Shown here in pieces: positions 1-9,208 of a stretch of 64,000 nucleotides of DNA. The stretch's first letter is position 1. Each line of letters opens with the position of its first letter. Under the pieces are notes generated by a model that saw only the letters and a list, made by a program, of their open reading frames with translations, was not told where the DNA came from and did no database searches. The DNA lies in the IMG/VR virus record IMGVR_UViG_3300031998_000008, positions 128,001 to 192,000 of that record. The stretch is one strand, 5' to 3'. The DNA comes from a virus. Taxonomy: Duplodnaviria; Caudoviricetes. The position numbers and the translations under genes are program-made.

Positions 1-987
1 TACGACTCTGAATGGGATACCTTCGTATTGTTCGAATGTAGTGTTGCCACTTTCTGATTCGATTGCTTGGTTAGCATAGACTTTCAATGAAGCCAAGAAT
101 GCTTCTGTGTCCATTTCGTTTCCATCAGGACCTGTTAATTTACCAGCGTTGAATGCTGAGAAACCTTTAACTTTAAGCATGATGTTTCTGATTGTACCAT
201 CAGCATATGCTTGTGGTTTAACGTTTGTACCATCAATTTCAACTGGTTCAAAGTCAACCAACATAACAGGAGTTACATCGTTAGAAACTCTGATACGAAT
301 CTTACCTTTTGAGTTGTCATACAAGAAGTCATTGTAGAACAAATCGTAAAGAGTTCTCTTGTTGTATTTTGTTACGTTTGGTGATTTTTGTCTTACGATA
401 GCATTTTCAATTGTCATTGTTGCTTGAACTGCTTCATCGTAGTTAGTTGCATCAGCAACGTCTGTCCATGTAAGACCACCGTCTGTTGTGTATTCAAATG
501 CCATTCCGTTGACTACTTCGTCAGGAAGATAGAAACGGTTGTAAGTGCTACCATTTCTTCTGTCTGTTCTTTCGTAGCCCATAAGACCTTTATGTCTGCC
601 AACTGAACCGTCTTTAACACGGCCATTGTCATCCAAATAATCCCATTCTCTTTCGCTTGTTACAGGAAGCATGAAGAACAACTTACCAACAGGAAGGTTC
701 ATAGCTTGAACTGAAACGATGTCATTAGCAAGAAGTTTACTGAAAACTCTTCTGATGATAGGGAAAACAACAGTTTCGAATGAACCGCTATTGTCTGATG
801 CAGTAGCTTCTGAAAGAAGAGCCTTTGCTTCGTTTTCGTACAATGTAGCGATATTTTCCTTAACTATTCCCTTGAGGCCATCGACCATGCCAAGAGCAGA
901 CCAACGGTCATTGATTTCTTTTCTAATTCTTTTCTGTTCATTGAGTTCGATATTACCCACTTGACCAGATGCTAAAAATTCTCTCAT
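1..987 (-). CDS. Major capsid protein, T4 gp23-like (5' part; runs off window start)
   Basis: Manual translation from ATG at 987: MREFLASGQVGNIELNEQKRIRKEINDRWSALG...FPIIRRVFSKLLANDIVSVQAMNLPVGKLFF, a gp23-family signature; lies downstream of protease and scaffold. Confidence 0.92.
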   Translation of the reverse strand, partial: MREFLASGQVGNIELNEQKRIRKEINDRWSALGMVDGLKGIVKENIATLYENEAKALLSEATASDNSGSFETVVFPIIRRVFSKLLANDIVSVQAMNLPVGKLFFMLPVTSEREWDYLDDNGRVKDGSVGRHKGLMGYERTDRRNGSTYNRFYLPDEVVNGMAFEYTTDGGLTWTDVADATNYDEAVQATMTIENAIVRQKSPNVTKYNKRTLYDLFYNDFLYDNSKGKIRIRVSNDVTPVMLVDFEPVEIDGTNVKPQAYADGTIRNIMLKVKGFSAFNAGKLTGPDGNEMDTEAFLASLKVYANQAIESESGNTTFEQYEGIPFRVV

Positions 988-1026
988 TTTAATTTATTTT
1001 TACTTTTTTTTATTCTTTTTTTGTAA

Positions 1027-1034
1027 ATAAATAG
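1027..1034 (-). promoter_or_regulatory. Phage late-type promoter motif (C/A)TATTTAT, representative copy
   Basis: Copies upstream of minus-strand genes at 2865, 4815, 8516, 11051, 13474, 14104, 21096, 27134, 32372, 38149, 56320 and plus-strand genes at 32426, 34497, 41218, 46023, 51796, 58585. Confidence 0.7.
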
Positions 1035-1036
1035 TA

Positions 1037-2830
1037 TTAACAATTCAAAACTCTGCCCATAAGGTCAATTGTTTTCATTAAATCGTTACTTTTATAGATT
1101 TTTTGTTCATTTAACTCTTTAGTTCCATTAGCAGTTGCTGATGTTTCATTAAGAGATATTTGTTCTTTTCTCTTTAATTGTTTGTCTATTGATTCATAAA
1201 GAGCTTTTGATTGTTCTACAGTTTTTGCCTCATTTGAGAAACGATTAACAATGTCAATCTTTTCTTCTTTTGAAGTTGCGTTTTCAAGGAACAATTTTGT
1301 AATCTTTCCAAGGTTAACGTTTGTGATGTAAGCTTCGTTCAAACTCTTGCGAAGTTCTAAGATAGCCTTTTTAAGTTCTTTGTTTTCGTTCTTAATGGCT
1401 TTCAATTCCTTGCTTTCGTTTGTTGCTGAAGAATAACGTGGGTCAGCACTACCTGTTACCTTAACATCAGTACCTCTTTGGCTTCTTGCTTTTCTACCAT
1501 TGCTGTTAGGAATATTTGAAGCTGTTACTGAATTTTGTTGTACGAAACCGCCAACATTTTTTTGTTCTTCCATTTCACCTGCACCTGCGTTCATAACGTC
1601 AGTTGGGTTAATGTCTTCTTCATTGACGCTGCCTTGTACTTTTTGAGTGTCTTTGAATGGGTCGCCTTTTGATTTTGTTTCACCGGCCCATGGTTTCTTT
1701 GTTCCTGTTGGAACGCCTTTGTGCCAAGATTTGCCACCCTTAGAAGGTTCATTGTTAGAAAGTCCTGCTATCGGGTCCTTATCTTGGTAATTGTCTGTAT
1801 ATCCAAGGTCAACCTCGAATAGTACGTTTTCTTTACTTTCTTTCATTGGCTTTCTTGTGTTTTTATTAGTTTTCATTTTTTTGCCTTCCATTAATTCATT
1901 ATCATTATCTAAAAATTCTGAACCTTGTTCAAAACCGTCTAAATCTTCATTGCTAACATCGTCATATCCAAGTTCTCCTGGAAATGCGTCATCTTCCCAG
2001 CCTTCATAATCTCCGAATTCAACATCATCGAAAGAATTGTCATGTTCATTGTCAGGGAATCCAGCCATTTCTGAATCTTCGAAGGTTTCATCATCTTCAA
2101 AATCTTCAGGTGATGTTTCAACAACACCATCAAAATCTAATGATTCATTCATTTCTTCAGGCATTTCCTCACCATTCATATCGTCAGTTGGTTGTTCATC
2201 GTCACCACCCAAGTCAATGATGTATTCAGTGCCGGCGTTGTTATCTTGAAGTTGAAGTGTGTCACCGTCTTTCTTAACGACAACTTGGTCTTCATCGTTC
2301 AAAAGTTTATAAACCTTTACTACTGTGTCGTAGTCATTCTCACCCGTGAGGTCATATGTATTACTGTCACCTACTTGATAATCTGAGAATTCATCCCAAC
2401 CTGCTTCATTGCCACTACCTTCTGCGCCATCTTGTGACATGTCAGGTTCTGCACCTGCTTGTTCTGCGCCTGGTACTTCCTCGGCTCCTGCTTCTTGTCC
2501 ACCCATTTCAGGTTCTGCGCCTTGTGGTTGATTCATTTCATCATTACCACTTTCGTCACCACCATTCATTTCTGGATTTCCAATTTCATTTTCTGATTTT
2601 TTTGGGCTTTCTTCTTTGTTATCAGAAGTGTTTTCATTTTCGTTTTCGTCATCTCCGTCTTGAACTTCGTAGTCATCATCTTCTTCATTGCAACTTTCTC
2701 TTAAAGCTTTTTTAACTGCTTCAGATAAAAGAGTATTCAATGATTTCTTGCTTTCCTCCTTTATTGCAGAAGTGATGGCATCCATTTCCAATAATGCTTG
2801 AGATGCTATGCTTTTATTTTTAGTGCTCAT
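1037..2830 (-). CDS. Prohead scaffold/core protein
   Basis: Very acidic, low complexity, C-terminal coiled coil, many L/I/V-x-E motifs, located between protease and MCP. Confidence 0.7.
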   Translation of the reverse strand: MSTKNKSIASQALLEMDAITSAIKEESKKSLNTLLSEAVKKALRESCNEEDDDYEVQDGDDENENENTSDNKEESPKKSENEIGNPEMNGGDESGNDEMNQPQGAEPEMGGQEAGAEEVPGAEQAGAEPDMSQDGAEGSGNEAGWDEFSDYQVGDSNTYDLTGENDYDTVVKVYKLLNDEDQVVVKKDGDTLQLQDNNAGTEYIIDLGGDDEQPTDDMNGEEMPEEMNESLDFDGVVETSPEDFEDDETFEDSEMAGFPDNEHDNSFDDVEFGDYEGWEDDAFPGELGYDDVSNEDLDGFEQGSEFLDNDNELMEGKKMKTNKNTRKPMKESKENVLFEVDLGYTDNYQDKDPIAGLSNNEPSKGGKSWHKGVPTGTKKPWAGETKSKGDPFKDTQKVQGSVNEEDINPTDVMNAGAGEMEEQKNVGGFVQQNSVTASNIPNSNGRKARSQRGTDVKVTGSADPRYSSATNESKELKAIKNENKELKKAILELRKSLNEAYITNVNLGKITKLFLENATSKEEKIDIVNRFSNEAKTVEQSKALYESIDKQLKRKEQISLNETSATANGTKELNEQKIYKSNDLMKTIDLMGRVLNC

Positions 2831-2917
2831 TAGTAATCAGCAATTTTAATTGTTATTTTTAATAATAAATATCATTTAATTTCAAAAAAGTACGTCAGTC
2901 TTAGTGTTTTAACAAAA

Positions 2918-3628
2918 TTAATCATTCAACCATGATGAAAATTTTCCTAATTCTTCAAAAATTTGGTTCTTTTCTGTTTCTTTGCTTTCAATATATTGCT
3001 GTGGAATTTGGTCTTCAGGTGTAATCCATGCTTGTGGGGTTGATGGGTCAGAAACAACGTCCCAACATACTATTTCGTAGTCATCGGCAACATATAGAAC
3101 ACCCATTTTATTCGTAACAGTACCAAGACCCCTTGAAGAGACACCAATTTTAATTCCTTGCAATATTAAGTTTGCAACTTGGTCCCCTTGACATGTAATC
3201 ATGCCATATTTTCTAAATCCTGGACTTGTTATTATTTCAAGTTTTCCAACCAATGTGTGGCCTTCCCAATGTAATTCAACAATATTGATTGCTACTCTTG
3301 AAAGGTCAATTACTGATTCGCTTGGGTGATTACATTCACCTATTGCACGTTTTTCGGCAATTTTTTCCATGTATTTTTGGACCTCACGTTTCAACACGTC
3401 TTCAGGATATATTCTTCCATTGGCGTTTTCTATTCCGAACTTTTGGAATACTGCTGAAACAATGAAAGGGTATGGGCAATGGAAATCATCGCTTACTTTT
3501 CCGTTGTTAATATCCTCGAAAAGTTTCTTGTTTTCTCCGATTTCAGGTGAAATATATCCATCGTGTTCAATAAGAAGACCAGTTCCCGTTTCACCACGTT
3601 TTATTTCTACTAAACTTCCTTTTGCCAT
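2918..3628 (-). CDS. Prohead maturation protease, T4 gp21-like
   Basis: Motifs ENANGRIYP, GECNHP, IGVSSRGLG, WDVVSDPS. Confidence 0.9.
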   Translation of the reverse strand: MAKGSLVEIKRGETGTGLLIEHDGYISPEIGENKKLFEDINNGKVSDDFHCPYPFIVSAVFQKFGIENANGRIYPEDVLKREVQKYMEKIAEKRAIGECNHPSESVIDLSRVAINIVELHWEGHTLVGKLEIITSPGFRKYGMITCQGDQVANLILQGIKIGVSSRGLGTVTNKMGVLYVADDYEIVCWDVVSDPSTPQAWITPEDQIPQQYIESKETEKNQIFEELGKFSSWLND

Positions 3629-3630
3629 GA

Positions 3631-4797
3631 TTATAATTCGTTTTCGTTTATAAATTCATCAGTTATTATTGATTTATCAACTTTCATCTTGCTCATTCTG
3701 TCGGTAAATCTTGTATATTCAATGTCATCTTTAGCTTTTGCGCATATTTTTGACATTATTTGTCTTCCTTTTTTTGTTCTTGCAAACACTTCTTTCATCA
3801 AAAAATTGAATTTTTCGACATCAAGTGATGCTATTCTTCTTAATAAATAAGGTAATTCATCCAAAGTTAAGTCATTAAATGATTTTGACATAAGAAGCCA
3901 TAAACTTGGTCCTAATCTCATATCCCAAGGCTCTGCTTTAAGAAAATCTGACTTTCCGATGACTATTTCAGCCATTTTTTTGTTTTTTGGTAATCCGTGT
4001 GAAATGAACAATTCCATGAATCCACGTAATGTTTCACTAAGAAGAACAGGGAATATAACACCTTGTGCTGTTATTCTTACTTGTTCACCTTCATTACCAA
4101 ATTCAACATTAACAGTGCCTAATTGCTTTTTGTTTTCATCATCAATGCCTAAATCATCTGCCATATACATTGAATAATTGTTTAGGGCCAAAATCTTCAA
4201 ATAAAGAGTGCATAACTCAGGTGAAAATTTTGAAATACTATCCGCATATGAATCAATATCAGATGATAGAACTATTGCTTCACCCATGCACAATGCATCC
4301 AATATTCTTCTTTTGTATATTTCTCCACGAATACTTGAGGCCATTTCAACATCATCGAATTGGAAATCATCATCACCGTCAATCGGGTCAACAATTATTG
4401 ATTTTGCTGATAAATCAATTGTGTCTGACAATGAAACATTCAATTCAACAGAATCTTCAGGAACGTTGAAAGTGTCTATAACATAATTAACACAAAGTTT
4501 TTCAAGTTCGTTCCTATATGGCCTTTCTATTTCTTTACATTTGTTAATTAATTTAGCCAACATTGAATTTATTTCTGTATCTTCAAAGTCATCAATTTCT
4601 CCAATATTCAATAACACATTTTTAATGTCATCAAATCTGTTGTTGGCTATTTTCAAAAGAAATGGCATATCGTATATATCAGGAATTGCAGGATTATTAC
4701 CCAATGATGTTGTATTGTTTAGTAATGCCATTTTTACATCCTCAGGTAATGAATCTGACAAAATTCCTTCGTTTATATGTTCTTTGTTATCTATCAT
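3631..4797 (-). CDS. Hypothetical head-module protein
   Basis: 388 aa ORF with upstream TATTTAT motif, adjacent to protease. Confidence 0.6.
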   Translation of the reverse strand: MIDNKEHINEGILSDSLPEDVKMALLNNTTSLGNNPAIPDIYDMPFLLKIANNRFDDIKNVLLNIGEIDDFEDTEINSMLAKLINKCKEIERPYRNELEKLCVNYVIDTFNVPEDSVELNVSLSDTIDLSAKSIIVDPIDGDDDFQFDDVEMASSIRGEIYKRRILDALCMGEAIVLSSDIDSYADSISKFSPELCTLYLKILALNNYSMYMADDLGIDDENKKQLGTVNVEFGNEGEQVRITAQGVIFPVLLSETLRGFMELFISHGLPKNKKMAEIVIGKSDFLKAEPWDMRLGPSLWLLMSKSFNDLTLDELPYLLRRIASLDVEKFNFLMKEVFARTKKGRQIMSKICAKAKDDIEYTRFTDRMSKMKVDKSIITDEFINENEL

Positions 4798-4833
4798 AGC
4801 ATATTATATCATCAATAAATAGTTTGCAGATAA

Positions 4834-4866
4834 TAAAAAAAGTCAGCCGTTTTATGACTGACTTTT
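4834..4866 (-). terminator. Intrinsic terminator
   Basis: A-run + AGTCAG/CTGACT hairpin; related hairpins at 13496-13524 and 62126-62157. Confidence 0.75.
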
Positions 4867-4888
4867 GACTTTTATTCTTTTTATTTTT

Positions 4889-5251
4889 TTATGCGTAAGG
4901 CTGACGTGGCTGACTTTTTGCCTTTTCTATTTCTCTGCAAACCCAATCATATACTTTAGGGTCTTGTCTTAAAAACTCTTTCATGTTTTCATCCCAATTG
5001 AAAAATCTATGCTGTCTTGCACGACTTACAATTTCTTGTGCCCTATCGTTGATAAGTTGTTGTGTTGATTGACTTATTTTAAACCCTCCATTTTGCTGTT
5101 GAGGCTGTTGTGGTTGCTGTTGCTGTGGCTGTTGTTTTCTACCCCAATTAAAAAGTCCTTCGTTTAATGATTTTTTTAATATTCTTTTTACTGACTCAGA
5201 AACAATTTCTTCCAATTGTTGCGGGGTTATTTGTACGGTTTGCTTACTCAT
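4889..5251 (-). CDS. Small putative internal head protein with Q/P-rich linker
   Basis: N-terminal ITPQQLEEIVSESVKRIL...LNE motif shared with other late proteins. Confidence 0.55.
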   Translation of the reverse strand: MSKQTVQITPQQLEEIVSESVKRILKKSLNEGLFNWGRKQQPQQQQPQQPQQQNGGFKISQSTQQLINDRAQEIVSRARQHRFFNWDENMKEFLRQDPKVYDWVCREIEKAKSQPRQPYA

Positions 5252-5265
5252 TGTTTTATGTGTTT

Positions 5266-8200
5266 TTACTTTTTATTCCATTTTTTTGCGTTTTGTGCGA
5301 ATATTGCCCTTTTCCTTGTTAATGGGTTTTTTGAGTGGGTCAATTCTTCGGTTGATTTTCCGGTTTTTTCTTTTGTCGCATTGAATTTACCTTTATTTTC
5401 GGGTTTTATTTCAATTTTACTTTCGTACATTTCAAATCCGTTGTAATCTATTAACTCTGGTAACATATCTTCCCAACCGGCGTTATAATAAATGTCTTTT
5501 AATTGTGAATCACTTAATGTTGGGCTGTCTTGCATATAGAAATGGTCATCGTGCAATCTATTTTCACCTTTTCTTATGTAAGCATATCTTGGGTCATTTT
5601 CTGCTGTTTGTCCCCTAAATATTTCAACATAAAGTGTATCGCCATCTAACAAATAATCACCTCTTCTTAATCCATCCATGAACATTTTTATTTCATGCGC
5701 CCATTGTTCATCAGTATCAAAACTTTCTTTCAATTCTTTCTTTGTCATTTTGTGGCCTTCATGTATTTTTTTAAGACGGGCCTCTTCTATTTGTTTTTTA
5801 GAAAAACATTTGTGTTCTGATATGCCATCACCAGACACTTCAATATCACCGCCATCGCTTAATACAGTAGGATTGACTTGTTGTTGTATCGCTTGGTTTA
5901 TATTTTGCCCACGTTCAACTTCTACATGTTGAGTTGGAACTGTATCATTAGAACCATTTAATTTTTGGTTTGATATGTGAAGATTTACATCACCATATTT
6001 GCTTGCATTATTAATTTCTGGAGTGTTATTTAAAACCGTGTTTGTTACAGCAGGGATTGTGTTGCCTGTTGTGTTCAATTGAACTGTTGTTGTGTTTTCT
6101 TCTTTTAACACCTCATTCAATTGTTGCCTTGTTAAAATAACTCTTTTAACGTTTTTATTTTCGTACATTGTTCTTTCTTTTATTGTAAATTCATTTTCAT
6201 TTTCTGTTAATTTTAATTCGTGCATGTGTAAATTATCATCGTATATGTCAACATGTCCTGTATCTGCATTTATTCCATATAGTATGAAGTTAAGTTGTCC
6301 GTTTAATGGGTTTTTAAGCCAAACTCTTCCTTTTGTTGAGAAAAACATAACTTCTTGTTTTCCTAACGAATTTCTGTATGTGATATTAAATTGTATTAGT
6401 CTATCACCACCTCTTAAAAATGATGGAATTTTTCCGTCTATTTGTGGAACCTCATATGATTGCCCCGTTTCAATATCATAAATAACATCACCTGTTCCAT
6501 GACCAATTGGCCTATAAACAAACAAAGGACCGTTTGCGTGTTTTACTGACAAGAATTCAGATATTCCATTTAGTTCAACTAGTCTTTCTTTCCTAATTAA
6601 AAAGTTTTTATGTGTTCCTGAATCATATGATGTTATCAATGTTAAACCATAAGGAAATGAACTATCTATTTGAATTGATTCATAATTGCCAATTAATTCG
6701 TTAATGTTAAAGAAATGTCTTGTTGGCATGTCATACCAATAATCTTCTCTTGCAGATGAATCATATATTATATGGAGTATATTTTTTGATGGGCTTATGA
6801 ATTCTGTTTGTACACTTCTTCCATATGAATGATGCCCATTTTGAAGGTCTTCCATCCATGAGTGACCGTTTGGTAACACTAATGGCTCGTTTGTGTTTAT
6901 GTCAATTAATGCCAATTGCTTATCAGTCATTTTAACCTCATAGAAGCCGTCTGGGTTATTTTCATCAATTTCCCATGTTGATATTCTTGTAATAAATTTG
7001 AACTTTTTTTGCCCTTCTACTTCAACAAATTTATGGTTTCTTGTGTCATAAATCATATATGAAGAGCCAACAGAACAAAGAATTACGTTTCTGTATCCAC
7101 TTGCTTCTAAGCCATAGTATCCGTTCTTCGACTCAGGAGATGTAAAGTCACCTCTATACCATCCATCTATTTTATGTATTGTTTCAAATAGGATTTTGTT
7201 ACCGTCAATTAAACAAGCCCATGTATTATCGTTTATTGTTACAAGCAAAGACCTTACAGAATTATTTAATGCTTTATCATACATTTTTCCATATTTAGCC
7301 AATACTTCTTCCTCATTACCGTCAGCGCTATTACGTGCTGCTAATGCTTCTTGGCTTATTGCTGAAATCTTTGCTGTATTTGTTAATACAGTGTCTAATC
7401 TTGACTCAAATTCGCCGAATGCTGACTTTATATTACCGCCATTCATTCTCATTTGGGCATACTTGAAAATTCTAAGTACATCAAGTTTTTCCTTGTTTGC
7501 TATTTTTCTTTGGTTTCCTGCATCAGATTCAATCTTTTCACGGTCATGTTGCCATATCTTGAATATTCTTTTCAAATCATCAACATTTACGCCTGTAATT
7601 CTCATAAATTCATCTGTTGTGTAAGCATGGTCTGCTTCACAATATGAATCGTCTTTACTACTACCATGGTTCCATCTTGAAGTAATATATGTTGGTTCCC
7701 ATGAACTATTCTTTTGTAAAACGGCAATTAATGAGTTTCCATATTCGTCTTGTGGCTTATCGTATGACCATCCTTCGGTTTTTCTTCTTGGTATATTTTC
7801 AAATCCATCTTTTCTGAATATTACATAGTGTATTCCTAATCTTCTTATATATCCATTATAGTGTTGTTCACCATACGTAATACACCATGCTCCTGGCTCC
7901 GTAAATGAATTGTATTTTCTTGCTTCATCATATGAATATAATATATCAAATGTGTATCCGTTTCCAACGTGATTATCTCTATTGAGCGTTTCAACCTTTT
8001 CTTTTGGAACTTTAACGGGCTCTATTCCAAGTTCTTTATCAATTGCCTTATTGTATTTTCTTAATAGTTTTTCCAAAGACAATGAACCAAAGTCTTCAGG
8101 CTGTTCAAATTGAGTACCAACACTATCAATATAGGCATTTCTTAAAACAAGAATCAATGCGCTTAGTCTTTCGCATATTTCGGGTATAAATTTATCTTCT

Positions 8201-8499
8201 TTTTGTGGGTAAAGTGCATTGATGTATTTATCAGTTGTTAACTTTCCTTCAAAATAATATCTTGTAACACCTGCTAAATAATAATTTGACTCTAAAGACA
8301 AATTTCTTATGTTTGCTTCGTTTACAAATTTAGACAAAAGGAATTGTTTAAGTTGACTAATGTTTTGTATTGATGGGTTGTATTTTTGTACATACCCAAG
8401 GTATGGCATCAAAAGGTTGTCTCTTGAGCCCTCGTTTAACTTTTCCTTAAACTCTCTTATTACATTTGAAATTATATTATATGTTTTTTTACTATTCAC
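5266..8499 (-). CDS. Large modular putative virion cargo protein (WC-motif/PcfJ-like domain, basic C-terminal module)
   Basis: GAWCITY...ITSRWNH segment homologous to 11078-13453; start placed at GTG 8499 because the track start (8568) lies in a terminator upstream of the TATTTAT motif. Confidence 0.55.
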   Translation of the reverse strand: MNSKKTYNIISNVIREFKEKLNEGSRDNLLMPYLGYVQKYNPSIQNISQLKQFLLSKFVNEANIRNLSLESNYYLAGVTRYYFEGKLTTDKYINALYPQKEDKFIPEICERLSALILVLRNAYIDSVGTQFEQPEDFGSLSLEKLLRKYNKAIDKELGIEPVKVPKEKVETLNRDNHVGNGYTFDILYSYDEARKYNSFTEPGAWCITYGEQHYNGYIRRLGIHYVIFRKDGFENIPRRKTEGWSYDKPQDEYGNSLIAVLQKNSSWEPTYITSRWNHGSSKDDSYCEADHAYTTDEFMRITGVNVDDLKRIFKIWQHDREKIESDAGNQRKIANKEKLDVLRIFKYAQMRMNGGNIKSAFGEFESRLDTVLTNTAKISAISQEALAARNSADGNEEEVLAKYGKMYDKALNNSVRSLLVTINDNTWACLIDGNKILFETIHKIDGWYRGDFTSPESKNGYYGLEASGYRNVILCSVGSSYMIYDTRNHKFVEVEGQKKFKFITRISTWEIDENNPDGFYEVKMTDKQLALIDINTNEPLVLPNGHSWMEDLQNGHHSYGRSVQTEFISPSKNILHIIYDSSAREDYWYDMPTRHFFNINELIGNYESIQIDSSFPYGLTLITSYDSGTHKNFLIRKERLVELNGISEFLSVKHANGPLFVYRPIGHGTGDVIYDIETGQSYEVPQIDGKIPSFLRGGDRLIQFNITYRNSLGKQEVMFFSTKGRVWLKNPLNGQLNFILYGINADTGHVDIYDDNLHMHELKLTENENEFTIKERTMYENKNVKRVILTRQQLNEVLKEENTTTVQLNTTGNTIPAVTNTVLNNTPEINNASKYGDVNLHISNQKLNGSNDTVPTQHVEVERGQNINQAIQQQVNPTVLSDGGDIEVSGDGISEHKCFSKKQIEEARLKKIHEGHKMTKKELKESFDTDEQWAHEIKMFMDGLRRGDYLLDGDTLYVEIFRGQTAENDPRYAYIRKGENRLHDDHFYMQDSPTLSDSQLKDIYYNAGWEDMLPELIDYNGFEMYESKIEIKPENKGKFNATKEKTGKSTEELTHSKNPLTRKRAIFAQNAKKWNKK

Positions 8500-8534
8500 T
8501 AAGAAATATTTTATAATAAATAGTTTTGGGCAAT

Positions 8535-8565
8535 AAAAAAACGAGCGCTTTTTCAAACGCTCGTT
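8535..8565 (-). terminator. Intrinsic terminator
   Basis: AACGAGCG/CGCTCGTT + A-run. Confidence 0.75.
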
Positions 8566-8585
8566 CACGTATAATGTTCTTAGTT

Positions 8586-9098
8586 TTAGTCAAATTTTGG
8601 AGAACTGAAAGGTGAATTGTTTGGCTTTGATTGTTTTTTAGGTAACTCTTTTCTGCTTTTATCCATTAATTCATCTTGTGTTGGTCCCAAGTTTTCTTGT
8701 ATCATGTTTAATTGCTTTTTTGTAAAGATAACTTGTTCCATCATTGGTGGTTGTTCATCACCTTGTGCCATATCATCACCATTTTGTGTCTCATCTCTAC
8801 TTAACATACTTTCAGCATATGACCTAACAGCTTCTCTATCTTCGTCTGATAATTGGTTTATTATTGACATTGTATCATCAGAGCCTTCTCCTGCTGTGTT
8901 CGGGTCTTCTCCCATTGGTCCACCGTCCATTTGTTCATCATCTCCCATTGTTCCACCTGCATTTGGGTCATCCATTGGTGCATCACCCATTGGTCCACCC
9001 GCATTTGGGTCATCCATTGGCGCATCACCCATAGGGCCACCTGCGTTTGGGTCATCCATTGGTGCGCCTCCCATTGCATTAGGGTCGCCACCCATCAT
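8586..9098 (-). CDS. Acidic repeat protein; probably the -1 frameshift extension of 9209-11008
   Basis: Frame stays open upstream to the A9 run at 9218-9226; GDAPMDDPNAGGPM repeats. Confidence 0.6.
   Translation of the reverse strand: MMGGDPNAMGGAPMDDPNAGGPMGDAPMDDPNAGGPMGDAPMDDPNAGGTMGDDEQMDGGPMGEDPNTAGEGSDDTMSIINQLSDEDREAVRSYAESMLSRDETQNGDDMAQGDEQPPMMEQVIFTKKQLNMIQENLGPTQDELMDKSRKELPKKQSKPNNSPFSSPKFD
8945..9090 (-). repeat. ~39-nt coding tandem repeat (GDAPMDDPNAGGPM x3)
   Basis: Direct repeats visible in DNA and protein. Confidence 0.85.
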
Positions 9099-9208
9099 TG
9101 GGTCTTGTGAAAAAGAAGCATCATCTATAGGAGGTTGTTGAGCATTTCCTCCTGTAGACGATGCATTATTTAATTTTAAGAACGTTTTTTCGTCAACTGA
9201 ATTTTCAG